A stretch of 64,000 nt of DNA, taken from positions 62,001 through 126,000 of the forward strand of contig JBECUI020000031.1 of assembly GCA_040954595.2 (NCBI GenBank), read 5' to 3'. The DNA comes from Balanoglossus misakiensis (lineage: Eukaryota; Animalia; Hemichordata). The translations under genes were made by a program, and so were the position numbers. The number at the start of each line of letters is the position of its first letter. The stretch's first letter is position 1. Positions 32,393 through 43,908 of this stretch are shown one piece after another. Below the pieces are notes generated by a model that saw nothing but the letters and a program-made list of their open reading frames with translations, was not told the DNA's origin and ran no database searches.

Positions 32393-34513
32393 ATGCGGAA
32401 TCGCGGAACCAGCAGACCAGCTGTACAACCATATTTAGCCAACCTGAATGACCGTCAAAAAGAGGCGGTACTTCATGGTAACACCCCTCTACTGATCCTG
32501 GCTGGAGCGGGTTCAGGAAAAACCCGGGTGCTCATTTCCCGCATTGCCTACCTGGTAGCGGAAAAAGGCATAGCACCCCATTCCATTCTTGCTCTTACCT
32601 TTACCAACAAAGCAGCCAAGGAGATGAGGGAGCGAGCCCTGGTCATGGTTCCTGAGGCACAGAATATTATGGTTCGGACCTTCCATTCCTTTGGGGCCTG
32701 GCTGCTTCGGAGAAATGGAGAGTCCCTGGGGCTTGCTTCTTCCTTTACTATTTACGATGACGATGATCAAATATCCCTGCTGGGTCAGGTCTTGGAGAAT
32801 CTCTCCAAGAGGGAGCTTCGTGGCTTGATTCACCAGATCAGCTGGGCCAAAAATAAAGCTTGGGGGCCGGAAAACAAGCATTTTTCGACAAATCCTACCT
32901 TCTTAAAAATTTATCAGGAATATGAACAACAGCTTAGAAAAATCGGAAATGTGGATTTTGGAGATCTGATCTTCCTGCCCATAAAACTTCTCCGCATGGA
33001 TACTGCCATCCGAGATCGGATTCGACAGCGGTTTCAGTTTATTTTGGTAGACGAATATCAGGACACCAATATAGCTCAATATCAACTCTTACAGGAAATT
33101 AGCGGCCCTCGTACGGCCTTGGCTGTCGTAGGAGACGACGATCAGTCCATCTATGGCTTCCGCGGAGCCGAAGTAGGCAACATTCTTAGCTTTTCGGAAC
33201 ATTTTCCCAAGACTACCATTATCAAACTGGAACAAAATTACCGCTCTACCAGCACCATCCTCAATATTGCTGGAGCTGTGGTAGCCAAGAACAAGAACCG
33301 TATGGGTAAGCACCTTTGGAGTGATAAGGGAGCCGGAGAAAAACCCCGCCTTATTTACATGGATGACCACGAATCCGAGGCCAAATGGTGCGCCGATCTT
33401 GTAAAAAAGGATGGCAACTATGGAGATACAGCCATTCTCTATCGAACCAATGCCCAGTCCAGGAATTTTGAGACCTGTTTCCGTAGGCGCAACATTCCCT
33501 ACCGTCTGGTAGGCTCCCTCAGTTTTTACCAGAGGGAAGAAATTAAGGACCTTTTAGCCTACTTGTCCTTCCTGGTCAACGGCCGGGACGAGGTGGCCTT
33601 CAGGCGCATTGCCAACAAACCCCCCCGCGGTTTGGGAAAGATAAGCCTGGACCAGCTTATCCTTTCTGCCACACAAGATTTTGGGGGAGACATAGCTCAG
33701 TGCTGTTCCTTTCCTCATCCCAATCTTCATGGAAAGGCCCAAAGGGCTATTGAATTTCACCATGAATTGCAAGAACGTTACCACGGCAAAACAAACTTTG
33801 ATCATCTGGGATTCCTCATCCTGGACCTTGCCCGGCAATCGGGGCTCCTGGAATACTATAAGACAATAGACAAGATAGAAAAGTCCCAGCGTATCCAGAA
33901 TCTGGAAGAACTGGTGGCCGCCGCATCGGAATACCCCGACACTCCCGAAGCCCTGAGTTCTTTTCTTGAGCTGATGGAACTGGATCAAAGCCTCATGGAA
34001 GAAGAAGATACAGATCAAAAGAGAGTGACTTTGATCACCATACACAACACCAAGGGCCTGGAATTTGATCGGGTTTTGATTACTGGAATGGAAGAAGGCC
34101 TATTCCCCATGGGAGACGAAAAGGATGAAGAGGAAATTGAAGAAGAGCGGCGTCTTCTCTATGTGGCTCTTACCCGAGCCAGAAAAACCTTGATACTTAC
34201 CAGCTGCAGGAGAAGGTTGATCTGGGGGAAGGTCCGCAAATCCTCACCGTCCCGTTTTCTGGAAGAAATTCCTCAAGATATGATGGTGATTGAAGGAAAT
34301 AAGGTTCCTCAAGACTTCAGGAGTGATCCATGGCAACGGGGGACAAAAATTTTTCACGAAGAATACGGGGTGGGAATTATCCAGAAACGACTGTCCAACG
34401 AAGGTCAGATACTTATCCGTGCCATCTTTGAATCGGGTCGAACTGCCACCTTGTTACCAGAATTTTCTTCCCATAAAATGGAGGCTTTGGGAACCTCAGA
34501 GGAGATATGGTGA
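32393..34513 (+). CDS. uvrD: UvrD/PcrA ATP-dependent DNA helicase
   Basis: AGAGSGKT, TFTNKAA, VDEYQDTN, VGDDDQSIYGFRGA, QNYRS, TIHNTKGLEF and EERRLLYVALTRAR motifs; RBS AGGAGG before ATG 32393. Confidence 0.95.
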   Translation: MRNRGTSRPAVQPYLANLNDRQKEAVLHGNTPLLILAGAGSGKTRVLISRIAYLVAEKGIAPHSILALTFTNKAAKEMRERALVMVPEAQNIMVRTFHSFGAWLLRRNGESLGLASSFTIYDDDDQISLLGQVLENLSKRELRGLIHQISWAKNKAWGPENKHFSTNPTFLKIYQEYEQQLRKIGNVDFGDLIFLPIKLLRMDTAIRDRIRQRFQFILVDEYQDTNIAQYQLLQEISGPRTALAVVGDDDQSIYGFRGAEVGNILSFSEHFPKTTIIKLEQNYRSTSTILNIAGAVVAKNKNRMGKHLWSDKGAGEKPRLIYMDDHESEAKWCADLVKKDGNYGDTAILYRTNAQSRNFETCFRRRNIPYRLVGSLSFYQREEIKDLLAYLSFLVNGRDEVAFRRIANKPPRGLGKISLDQLILSATQDFGGDIAQCCSFPHPNLHGKAQRAIEFHHELQERYHGKTNFDHLGFLILDLARQSGLLEYYKTIDKIEKSQRIQNLEELVAAASEYPDTPEALSSFLELMELDQSLMEEEDTDQKRVTLITIHNTKGLEFDRVLITGMEEGLFPMGDEKDEEEIEEERRLLYVALTRARKTLILTSCRRRLIWGKVRKSSPSRFLEEIPQDMMVIEGNKVPQDFRSDPWQRGTKIFHEEYGVGIIQKRLSNEGQILIRAIFESGRTATLLPEFSSHKMEALGTSEEIW

Positions 34514-35313
34514 TAGGCCCATTAAACAAACTGGAAGAGGAAAGATTGAGTATCCTACCAGAAATCAACCGTGCCCGGGAATATCATCTCTATGGAAGAG
34601 ATGGGAGCCGTTGGCTGGACTGTTGGCTAGAGGATGGCCGGGCTCTACTGGGGCATCGTCCTGAAGGACTTTCCCTTAGGCTGAAGCGAACTCTCTCTCA
34701 AGGTGTTTATGCCGCTTACCCCAGCCGTTGGGACAATCGTATGATAGGAGCTCTGCGGAGCATCCGGTTGGGCTTTACCGCCATAAGACTCTACCGAAGT
34801 CTTCGAAGAGCTCTAGAACTTTTAAAGCTGCCGGAACCAAAAGACCCTCTTGAGGAGCCTGCGGCAAGAGTTTCCTGGGCTCGCCCCTACCTCCCGACGG
34901 CACCGGAAACCCAAATTCTCTTTCCCCGCCTTCCCCTCCCTGGCTTGACTGAAGTTCAGGCTGTTTTATTCCGCTCTCTACCCAAGGACGCTCCCCCTTC
35001 AGAGCCTTTTTCACCAGTTATTGAGGGCGCCCTGACCCTGGTAGCTTTTTCCTGGATCAGGGCAGAAAGGATAGCCCAAGAAAACCAGGACCTATGGGAT
35101 TTCCCTTTGCAATTTGGCCCATGGAAAAGAACCGAATCCTACCTGAACTTTACAGGAGATTCCACGAAGTACGGAGAAATCTTTGAGAACTATGCCATGA
35201 GAAGAATCCTTATTGCCCCCTCTCCACGACGTCCAACAATTATTCCCCCACTCTGGTCATCCTGGGAGAAAAAGCTTTTCATGGAAGGGCTAAGCGGGAC
35301 AGAGACTATCTAA
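34507..35313 (+). CDS. Hypothetical protein with a class-III aminotransferase-like N-terminus
   Basis: INRAREYHLYGRDGSRWLD...LLGH resembles the AT-III N-terminal motif; the PLP-lysine region is not recognisable. Confidence 0.6.
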   Translation: MVIGPLNKLEEERLSILPEINRAREYHLYGRDGSRWLDCWLEDGRALLGHRPEGLSLRLKRTLSQGVYAAYPSRWDNRMIGALRSIRLGFTAIRLYRSLRRALELLKLPEPKDPLEEPAARVSWARPYLPTAPETQILFPRLPLPGLTEVQAVLFRSLPKDAPPSEPFSPVIEGALTLVAFSWIRAERIAQENQDLWDFPLQFGPWKRTESYLNFTGDSTKYGEIFENYAMRRILIAPSPRRPTIIPPLWSSWEKKLFMEGLSGTETI

Positions 35314-35328
35314 GCCTGTCAAACCCAA

Positions 35329-36786
35329 CTAAGTCTCATAAACCGTAGAAGATACCTTTCCACTTCTGCCAGTCCAGTCGGTATGAAAAAATTCACCCTG
35401 GTCCCGGTCCGTTCTTTCATAAGTGTGGGCACCAAAGTAGTCTCGCTGAGCTTGAAGCAAATTGGCAGGAAGGCGTTCCCTTCGGTAGCCATCATAGAAG
35501 GCTAGGGCTGAAGACATGGCTGGCAGGGGAATCCCCTGGATTGCGGCCTCGGCCACTACCCTCCTCCAGGCTTCCTGAGAATCCCGCAAAACTTGGCAAA
35601 AATAGTCATCCAGAAGAAGATTTCTGAGATTCGGATTTTTTTTGTACGATTCGGTGATTTTCTTTAAAAACACACTGCGGATAATGCAGCCTCCCCTCCA
35701 CATAAGGGCTATCTTTCCATAGTCCAGTTTCCAATCATACACCCCGGCGGCATGCCTCATGAGCATGAAACCCTGGGCATAGGAAACAATTTTGGAAGCT
35801 AGGAGAGCTTTTTCTAAATTATTAATGAAAACCTCAGCGTCGCCGGAAAATTTCTTTGGAGGCATTGCCATAAGTTTTGAAGCTTCTGTACGTTCCTTTT
35901 TCAGAGAAGAAAGGTAACGGGAAAAAACGGCTTCTCCTATAAGAGTGATCGGCACACCTAGTTCCATTGCATTAATTCCCATCCACTTCCCTGTGCCCTT
36001 CTGTCCTGCTGTATCCAGAATTTTTTCTATGAGGGGGCTGCCATCTTCATCTCGGAAGGCCAGAATATCCCGGGTGATTTCTATAAGGTAGGAACTTAAG
36101 GGGCCTGTAGCCCATTGGGAAAAAATTTGCTGCATGCGTTTTGTATTGAAACCAAGCAGCTCCTTCATAAAATGGTAGGCTTCGGCAATAAGCTGCATAT
36201 CTCCGTACTCAATTCCATTATGGACCATTTTAACGTAATGACCAGCACCGTCATTGCCTACCCATTCACAGCAAATTTCTCCTTCTGTGCTTCTGGCAGC
36301 AATGTCTTGAAAGATTTTCTTGACCAGGGGCCAGGCATCGAGCCGCCCGCCAGGCATGATGGAAGGTCCCTGTCTGGCTCCTTCTTCTCCGCCGGAAATT
36401 CCAGCACCCACAAAAAGGATCCCCTTCATTCCTAGTTTTTCTGTACGTCTGCGGGTGTCAGAAAAGTGAGAATTGCCACCATCGATAAGAATATCTCCTT
36501 TGACCAACAGGGGAGAGAGTTTCTCAATGAATTGATCAACCACTTCACCCGCTTTGACCATAAACATTATTTTGCGGGGACTCCTAAGGGAACTCAGAAG
36601 CTCTTTGAGGCTGTAGACCCCAACAATACCGTCTCGTCCAGCAGCCTGATCAGAAAGAAACTCTTCTGTTTTTTTTGGGCTGCGGTTGTAGACAGCCACC
36701 GTGTAGCCGTGGTCATTCATGTTCAAAACGAGGTTCTGCCCCATTACCGCCAAACCAATAAGACCAATATCCATTTCAACTTTCAT
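35329..36786 (-). CDS. gndA: 6-phosphogluconate dehydrogenase, NADP-dependent, decarboxylating
   Basis: GLAVMGQN, DGGNS, SGGEEGA, VKMVHNGIEYGDMQ, QKGTGKW and QRDYFGAHTY motifs. Confidence 0.97.
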   Translation of the reverse strand: MKVEMDIGLIGLAVMGQNLVLNMNDHGYTVAVYNRSPKKTEEFLSDQAAGRDGIVGVYSLKELLSSLRSPRKIMFMVKAGEVVDQFIEKLSPLLVKGDILIDGGNSHFSDTRRRTEKLGMKGILFVGAGISGGEEGARQGPSIMPGGRLDAWPLVKKIFQDIAARSTEGEICCEWVGNDGAGHYVKMVHNGIEYGDMQLIAEAYHFMKELLGFNTKRMQQIFSQWATGPLSSYLIEITRDILAFRDEDGSPLIEKILDTAGQKGTGKWMGINAMELGVPITLIGEAVFSRYLSSLKKERTEASKLMAMPPKKFSGDAEVFINNLEKALLASKIVSYAQGFMLMRHAAGVYDWKLDYGKIALMWRGGCIIRSVFLKKITESYKKNPNLRNLLLDDYFCQVLRDSQEAWRRVVAEAAIQGIPLPAMSSALAFYDGYRRERLPANLLQAQRDYFGAHTYERTDRDQGEFFHTDWTGRSGKVSSTVYET

Positions 36787-36803
36787 TTTTTATCCATTTG
36801 ATA

Positions 36804-38072
36804 CTACACATTTGATTGTGTAAATCGAGATTCTGCTGCCCACAAGGCCAAGGCAGGGTTGGAAATATAATAAGTATCTACTCCCTCTATGTTGTTCCAT
36901 CCGGCCTCTAAAGAAGAAGGATCATACTTGTTCCTCATAGTCTCCCAATCCTCATAGGCATAGTTCACCCCTTGAATTTCTTCCCGACCCAAGACTCCAG
37001 AACAGTAGGTAATGTGGAAACGCCCCTCGGAGGAACCGTGAATAAGGTGAGCCGCTGCACTCAAATTTACTTTCAGATCTGCTTCTGAACCTACCAGGGT
37101 AAGAATCTTTTCCCTGCCCACATAGCCGTATTTCCTAATAAGCTTGTCTATTTCCTGGTCTTCTCCAAATTCTTTTAATCCAGGCGCCAGAATGATTAAT
37201 TCTCCCCCGTCAGCCAGGGCCATCCTGGTACGATAAATGGCCTTGTTCCCCAACCAGGTACTGCGAAACTCCTTAGGATCCAGATAGACAAGAACACGTT
37301 TGAGAGGTTCCTTCAGCATGGTGAAGTTAAGCTTTAACGACAAAGCAGCAGCCTTGAGAAAACAACGCTCATCATCTCCGGCAAAAAATCCTTGTATAGC
37401 CAAATTCCCCGAAGAATCCGGGGCGAGCACGGTTAAAATGTAAACGATTGGTAAGTCCTTAAGAAAATTCTGGGAAGCATAATTCAGAACTCTCCGGACA
37501 GGACTGTCTGCCCTACCCATAATCCGCTCCATTCCAAAAGCAGCTCCCAAGAAATGGCTTTTATTGAGGCACTCACCTCCGCCAACACCTATGAGAATGT
37601 TTTTGTTGTGGTTGGCCATTCCAATAACCTCGTGAGGTACCACTTGACCGATGGAAAGAATCAGGTCATGACCTCCTTCAATAAGAAGACGATTTACCTC
37701 TACGGGTATGGAATAAGAAACAAGCCCTTCAGAGATTTCCTGGACATAGTCAGAAGGAACCTCTCCAACCTTTACCAGACCACTTCTCCAGTTATGGGTC
37801 CGGAACAAACTTTCCGGAATGGTTTGAAACATGCGCAGCTGCTCCTGGTGGGTCATGGGAGAGTGCGTTCCCAGAGCCGGAAGCACATCGGTGAGAGCCT
37901 TACCGTAGTACTTCCATACCTCTTCGGTAATCCTTCCAGCTCCGCTGTGAAACCGGGTAATATCTGGAGGAATGGCCAGAACTTTCTTCTTTTTGCCCAG
38001 CGAATCCATAAAAGAATGGAGTTCCCCGACCAATTCTTCCTGGGAAAAGTTTTTTTCTTTTAACCAAAGCAT
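36804..38072 (-). CDS. Lactate racemase (LarA/DUF2088) domain protein
   Basis: PPDITR, ALGTHSPM and VVPHEVIG motifs. Confidence 0.8.
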   Translation of the reverse strand: MLWLKEKNFSQEELVGELHSFMDSLGKKKKVLAIPPDITRFHSGAGRITEEVWKYYGKALTDVLPALGTHSPMTHQEQLRMFQTIPESLFRTHNWRSGLVKVGEVPSDYVQEISEGLVSYSIPVEVNRLLIEGGHDLILSIGQVVPHEVIGMANHNKNILIGVGGGECLNKSHFLGAAFGMERIMGRADSPVRRVLNYASQNFLKDLPIVYILTVLAPDSSGNLAIQGFFAGDDERCFLKAAALSLKLNFTMLKEPLKRVLVYLDPKEFRSTWLGNKAIYRTRMALADGGELIILAPGLKEFGEDQEIDKLIRKYGYVGREKILTLVGSEADLKVNLSAAAHLIHGSSEGRFHITYCSGVLGREEIQGVNYAYEDWETMRNKYDPSSLEAGWNNIEGVDTYYISNPALALWAAESRFTQSNV

Positions 38073-38269
38073 AGCGAGCCTGTACTTTATTCCACTTAAT
38101 TCCTTTGAGATTGTACAGGAAAAATCATATCTCCCTCAAGCCTAAAGTTTTATGGCATTCCCCAATCTCCTTGTCCCTTGTTTAAGGTGCATTTTAGGTT
38201 GCGTTGAGGTTGGGAGGGAGGAGTTGGGGAGCTGCTCTGGTCTGGGCGGGATTGTTTGATAAAGGCAGC

Positions 38270-38290
38270 CCCCCCAGGTCTACTGGGGGG
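38270..38290 (-). terminator. GC hairpin after the terminal array gene
   Basis: CCCCCCAG-GTCTA-CTGGGGGG just downstream of the stop at 38298; only a short T-run follows. Confidence 0.45.
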
Positions 38291-38297
38291 ATGAAGG

Positions 38298-40947
38298 TTA
38301 GGGGCTTGGGAGGGCGGTGGGGGGCTGGCCTGGGAGGTCTTTGATGTGGGGGTGGTAGGCGGGACTGCCGTTCACCCGGCCTTCAATGACCCAATCGTTG
38401 ACGGACCAGCCTAGCTTGCCAGTTTCGGTCCCGGTGTACCAGCTTGGGGTTTTTAGTTGATCCAGGCTGACGGTGCTTCCAGAGGTGTTGGGGCTGGCTT
38501 GGGCATTGCCGTCAGGGTCTGTGATACTCTGATTCGCATAGCGGTAGCTCTTCGTTATGGTGCCAGCAAAGGATGCTCCGACCAAACCACCCACCTGGGT
38601 GGAGTCACTCTGACCCAAGACATTCCCTGTAGCATAGCTATTCGTTATGGTGCCTTGATTGAGGAATCCTATCAAACCACCCACACCAGAGGTCCCCGAG
38701 ACATCTCCAGTCGCATAGCTATCTGTTATGCGACCACCTGAACTATTCATATCCCCGACCAGACCACCCACGCCGCTACTTTGCCCCGTGACACCCCCAG
38801 TGTCCGTGACATCCCCAGCCCCAGTGCCCGTGACATCCCCAGTGGCATAGCTGCCTGTTATGCTAGCAGTGCTGTACCCGGCCAAGCCGCCCACAAAGTC
38901 TTTCATCCCCGAGACATCTCCAGTAGCATAGCTGCCTGTTATGGAGGCGTTATTATCTCCGACCAAACCACCCACCTGGAGGTCCCCCGAGACATCTCCA
39001 GTGGCATAGCTAGCCCTTATGCTGCCGCTGCTGTCTCCAACCAAACCACCCACGTTATTTCCCTGGCCCGAGACATCTCCGGTGGCATAGCTATCCCTTA
39101 TGATACCGCCGCTGTACCCAGCCAAGCCTCCCACGTTATTCCCCTGTCCCGAGACATCTCCGGTGGAATAGCTAGCCCTTATGCTGCCGCTGCTGGACCC
39201 AGCCAAGCCACCCACGTTGCTGCCACCCGTGACAGAACCCGTGGTATAGCTGCCTGTTATGGTTCCACCCGAGACTCCAGCCAAACCACCAACGCTTCTG
39301 CTACCCGTGACAGAACCCGTAGCATAGCTGCCTATAATCTCTCCCTCGTTATAACCCAACCAAACTACCTACGTTAGTATCCCCCGAGAAAGAGCCACCC
39401 AGCAGTTCCAAATCCTTAATTTGACCTCCAGCAAGCATAAAATTAAAGAAACCGACTCTATTAGCTAAAGGTGTCGTGACGGTCATTCCCTCGATACTGT
39501 GGTTTTTACCATCAAAACTCCCAGCATATCCACCGCTTAGGTAGTTGCCATCGTCGTCATAAGTTCCAGGCTAAGAGGGTCCAGTTTCCGTTGTCGGCAT
39601 CATCGTCGCTGTCGAAGGGGTCATCCCTGATCCCGTCGTTGTCAGCGTCAGCGAAGTTGAGGTCCATGCTTAGCTCGTAGTTCCAGTTATCGGGGTAGTT
39701 TTCACTATCCACTCCGATTTTGGCCAGTTCACTCAGGCGGTGGATGTACTGCTTGCCGTCGGCGGTGGGGATGAGGGGGGTGGTGTAACGGTATTCAGCG
39801 CTGCCGTCGCTGAGCAGGGCACGCAGGTAGTAGGGCCTTTCATTGCTGAGTCCGCTTAGTTCCACTGTCTGAGGGCCGAGGCTGCCTGTAAAGGAAACCT
39901 TCTTGACCATGATGCTTAAAGCCTGGTCGGTGAAGGCTTGGAGTTCTGTTTCTAGTCCTAGGGGAGCGTCAACTTCAACCATGATTTTTCCAGAACGGGG
40001 AACGGCATCGGTAATGACGATGCCATGGGGAGAATAAGGATTAGGAAGCGTTATCCAATCCGTGGAGGCCTCCGGGGAGACCTGATTCCCTTTGGCCCGC
40101 AGGCGGTAGGAGGTACCGTCGGTCAGGCCAGTCAGGCTTATCTCCTGGGATGTTGCTGCCGTCGGTTCGGAAACTGCTGTTGCGGTGGTAGAGCCAGCTT
40201 CGGTGAGAGCTTCTACGGTAATGCTAACGCCGGGTAGGGGCTTGAGGGTGATGATGAGGCTTTGGTAAGCCTGTCTTATGTTTTCAATGACAGCGGGGTC
40301 CAAGGCCCGTTCCGGACCGCCGAAGTCGCTCCAGGGGGCTTCAGTGTAGCCTGTTGTTTCTCCGATGGGGTAAAGGAGGGTGATCCCGGTCAAGGGAGTG
40401 GGAAAGGCCTCGGCGGGGCTGCCTGTAAAGCTGGGAGCCCTGGGGGCCAGGATTGTCAGCTTGTTGAGAGCCGTTCCGGCGAAGGCCAGATTGCCGATGG
40501 AGGTGATACCGTTACCTATCTGCACTTCGCTCAAGGAGGCAGATGAGCTGAAGGCCTCGTCTCCTATAGTCGTGACGCTGTTGGGAATATTTATGCTGGT
40601 GAGGGTGGAGTTTTTAAAGGCTGCCTCGGCTATGGCCGTAACGGGCTTGTTATAAATGAAAGAGGGTATGCTGAGGTCGGTGCTCTCTCGTCTTGCCAGA
40701 CCAGTTATAGTGATTTCCCTGCCTTCGTCCTGGTAGGTAAGTGCGTCGAAACTAGGGGGGGCGGTGAGGTTGCTGCAGGAAGTTATCAGGTAGAAAACGA
40801 AAAGGGAAAGACCAACTTTAGTGGCTAGGGTTTTTCTATGCTGTCTTACGCGGGGAAATAAGTGAGTGAGTGAGTGAGTGAGTGAGTGAGTGAGTGAGTG
40901 AGTGAGTGAGTGAGTGAGTGAGTGAGTGAGTTGGTAAATAAATTCAT
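38298..40947 (-). CDS. Phase-variable LRR/GLUG lipoprotein, copy 1 (OFF; extra indels near 39355 and 39570)
   Basis: AAGGAG-9nt-ATG, (CACT)17+TATT, signal peptide PRVRQHRKTLATKVGLSLFVFYLITSC, BspA LRR LTSINIPNSVTTIGDEAF, GLUG repeats (VGGLVG...SYATGDV). Confidence 0.85.
40861..40931 (-). repeat. SSR (CACT)17 plus one degenerate TATT unit, copy 1
   Basis: (AGTG)17AGT on the + strand, preceded by an extra AATA. Confidence 0.97.
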
Positions 40948-40979
40948 ATGCTGGATCTCCTTACAAATTTGATTGGTCT

Positions 40980-41008
40980 ACCCTATCGTAGTTATTCTTT
41001 TCTGTCAA
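40980..41008 (-). promoter_or_regulatory. Sigma70 promoter, TAGGGT allele (also 50296-50324, 56569-56597, 59831-59859)
   Basis: TTGACA-N17-TAGGGT, ending about 33 nt upstream of the ATG. Confidence 0.7.
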
Positions 41009-41279
41009 GTCTTTGCCATAGGTAAAAGACTTTTTGATTGAGCAGTGATATTGAATAATGACACTACGCTTCTAAAGCTTATTGCGTTTTAGAGGGAAAG
41101 CCAAGTTTTTTGGAATTATTTTCTGTTTTTGGGGAAGACTTCGGGGTTGGGGCGGCGATAGAGAGGTCCAGGGGGGGCTGGTTTGGGGAGATGTGCCTTA
41201 CAAGGCCCACACGGACTGCGGGGCTTGGAGGGCGGGACTACTGGTAGAGGCATCATCCCCGCATTTGCGGGGGTGATGG

Positions 41280-43876
41280 CTAGGGGGTTGGTAGGGGGGT
41301 GTCGGGCTGGCCGGGGAGGTTGGTGATGTGGGGGTGGTTTGGGGGGGTGCCGTTCACCCGGCCTTCAATGACCCAATCGTTGACGGACCAGCCTAGCTTG
41401 CCAGTTTCGGTCCCGGTGTACCAGCTTGGGGTTTTTAGTTGATCCAGGCTGACGGTGCTGCCAGAGGTGTTGGGGCTGGCTTGGGCATTGCCGTCAGGGT
41501 CTGTGATACTCTGATTCGCATAGCGGTAGCTGTTCGTTATGGTGCCAAAGGATAATCCGACCAAACCACCCACCTGGGCGCTGCCACTCTTCCCCAAGAC
41601 ATTCCCTGTAGCATAGCTATTCGTTATGGTGCCTTGATTGAATACTCCTATCAAGCCGCCCACCACAGGAGAGAACATCCCCGAGACATCTCCAGTCGCA
41701 TAGCTATCTGTTATGCCACCACCTGAACTAGTCATATCCCCGACCAGACCACCCACAGAAGAAGACTGCCCCGTGACATCCCCAGTGGCATAGCTGCCTG
41801 TTATGCTAGCAGAGCTGTACCCGGCCAAGCCGCCCACAAGGTCGTTCATCCCCGAGACATCTCCAGTAGCATAGCTGCCTGTTATGGAGGCGTTATTATC
41901 TCCGACCAAACCACCCACCTGGAGGTTCCCCGAGACATCTCCAGTGGCATAGCTAGCCCTTATGCTGCCGCTGCTGTCTCCAACCAAACCACCCACGTTA
42001 TTTCCCTGGCCCGAGACATCTCCGGTGGCATAGCTATCCCTTATGATACCGCCGCTGTACCCAGCCAAGCCTCCCACGTTATTCCCCTGTCCCGAGACAT
42101 CTCCGGTGGAATAGCTATCCCTTATGCTGCCGCCGCTGTACCCAGCCAAGCCACCCACGTTGCTGCTACCCGTGACAGAACCCGTGGTATAGCTGTCTGT
42201 TATGGTTCCACCCGATACTCCAGCCAAACCACCAACGCTTCTGCTACCCGTGACAGAACCCGTAGCATAGCTGCCTATAATCTCTCCCTCGTTATACCCA
42301 ACCAAACTACCTACGTTAGTATCCCCCGAGAAAGAGCCACCCAGCAGTGCCAGATCCTTAATTTGACCTCCAGCAAGCATAAAATTAAAGAAACCGACTC
42401 TATTAGCTAAAGGTGTCGTGACGGTCATTCCCTCGATACTGTGGTTTTTACCATCAAAGTTCCCAGCATATCCACCGCTTAGGTAGTTGCCATCGTCGTC
42501 ATAAGTTCCAGGGCTAAGAGGGGTCCAGTTTCCGTTGTCGGCATCATCGTCGCTGTCGAAGGGGTCATCCCTGATCCCGTCGTTGTTCGCGTCAGCGAAG
42601 TTGAGGTCCATGCTTAGCTCGTAGTTCCAGTTATCGGGGTAGTTTTCCATATCCACTCCGATTTTGGCCAGTTCACTTAGGCGGTGGATGTACTGCTTGC
42701 CATTGGCGGTGGGGATGAGGGGAGTGGAATAGCGGTATTCAGCGCTGCCATCGCTAAGCTTGGCATGCAGGTAGTAGGGCCTTTCATTGCTGACCCCGCT
42801 GAGTTCCACTGTCTGAGGGCCGAGGCTGCCTGTAAAGGAAACCTGCTTGACCATGATGCTTAAAGCCTGGTCGGTGAAGGCCTGGAGTTCTGATTCTAGT
42901 CCTAGGGGAGCGTCAACTTCAACCATGATTTTTCCAGAACGGGGAACGGCATCGGTAATGACGATGCCATGGGGAGAATAAGGATTAGGAAGCGTTATCC
43001 AATCCGTGGAGGCCTCCGGGGAGACCTGGCTCCCTTTGGCCCGCAGGTGGTAGGAGGTACCGTCGGTCAGGCCAGTCAGGCTTATCTCCTGGGATGTTGC
43101 TGCCGTTGGTTCGGAAACTGCTGTTGCGGTAGCTTCACTGCTAAAGTCAGCTTCGGTGTGAGCTTCTACGGTAATGCTAACGCCGGGTAGGGGCTTGAGG
43201 GTGATGATGAGGCTTTGGTAAGCCTGTCTTATATTTTCAATGACAGAGGGGTCCAAGGCCCGTTCCGGACCGCCGAAGTCGCTCCAGGGGGCTTCAGTGT
43301 AGCCTGTTGTTTCTCCGATGGGGTAAAGGAGGCTGATCCCGGTCAAGGGAGCGGGAAAGGCCTCGGCGGGGCTGCCTGTAAGGCTGGGGGCCCTGGGGGC
43401 CAGGATGCTTAGCTTGTTAAGGGCCGTTCCGGCGAAGGCCAGATTGCCGATGGAGGTGATACCGTTACCTATCTGCACTTCGCTCAAGGAGGCAGCTGAG
43501 CTGAAGGCCTCGTCTCCTATAGTCGTGACGCTGTTGGGAATATTTATGCTGGTAAGGATAGAGTTTTTAAAGGCTGCCTCGGCTATGGCCGTAACGGGCT
43601 TGTTATAAATGAAAGAGGGTATGCTGAGGTCGGTGCTGTCTTGTCTTGCCAGACCAGTTATAGTGATTTCCCTGCCTTCGTCCTGGTAGGTAAGTGCGTC
43701 GAAACTAGGGGGGGCAGTGGGGTTGCTGCAGGAAGTTATCAGGTAGAAAACGAAAAGGGAAAGACCAACTTTAGTGGCTAGGGTTTTTCTATGCTGTCTT
43801 ACGCGGGGAAGTGAGTGAGTGAGTGAGTGAGTGAGTGAGTGAGTGAGTGAGTGAGTGAGTTGATAGATAAATTCAT
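41280..43876 (-). CDS. Phase-variable LRR/GLUG lipoprotein, copy 2 (OFF, n=12; otherwise intact)
   Basis: ATG lies 389 nt upstream of the track ORF start (2 mod 3); frame open from signal peptide to stop. Confidence 0.9.
43810..43860 (-). repeat. SSR (CACT)12, copy 2
   Basis: 51 bp = (AGTG)12AGT. Confidence 0.97.
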
Positions 43877-43908
43877 ATGCTGGATCTCCTTACAAATTTG
43901 ATTGGTCT

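Noticed and set aside
43485-43487. Track start MSEVQ (TTG) as the real start of the array genes
   Set aside because: It lies inside an LRR repeat with no RBS; the open frame extends more than 100 codons upstream through a lipoprotein signal peptide.
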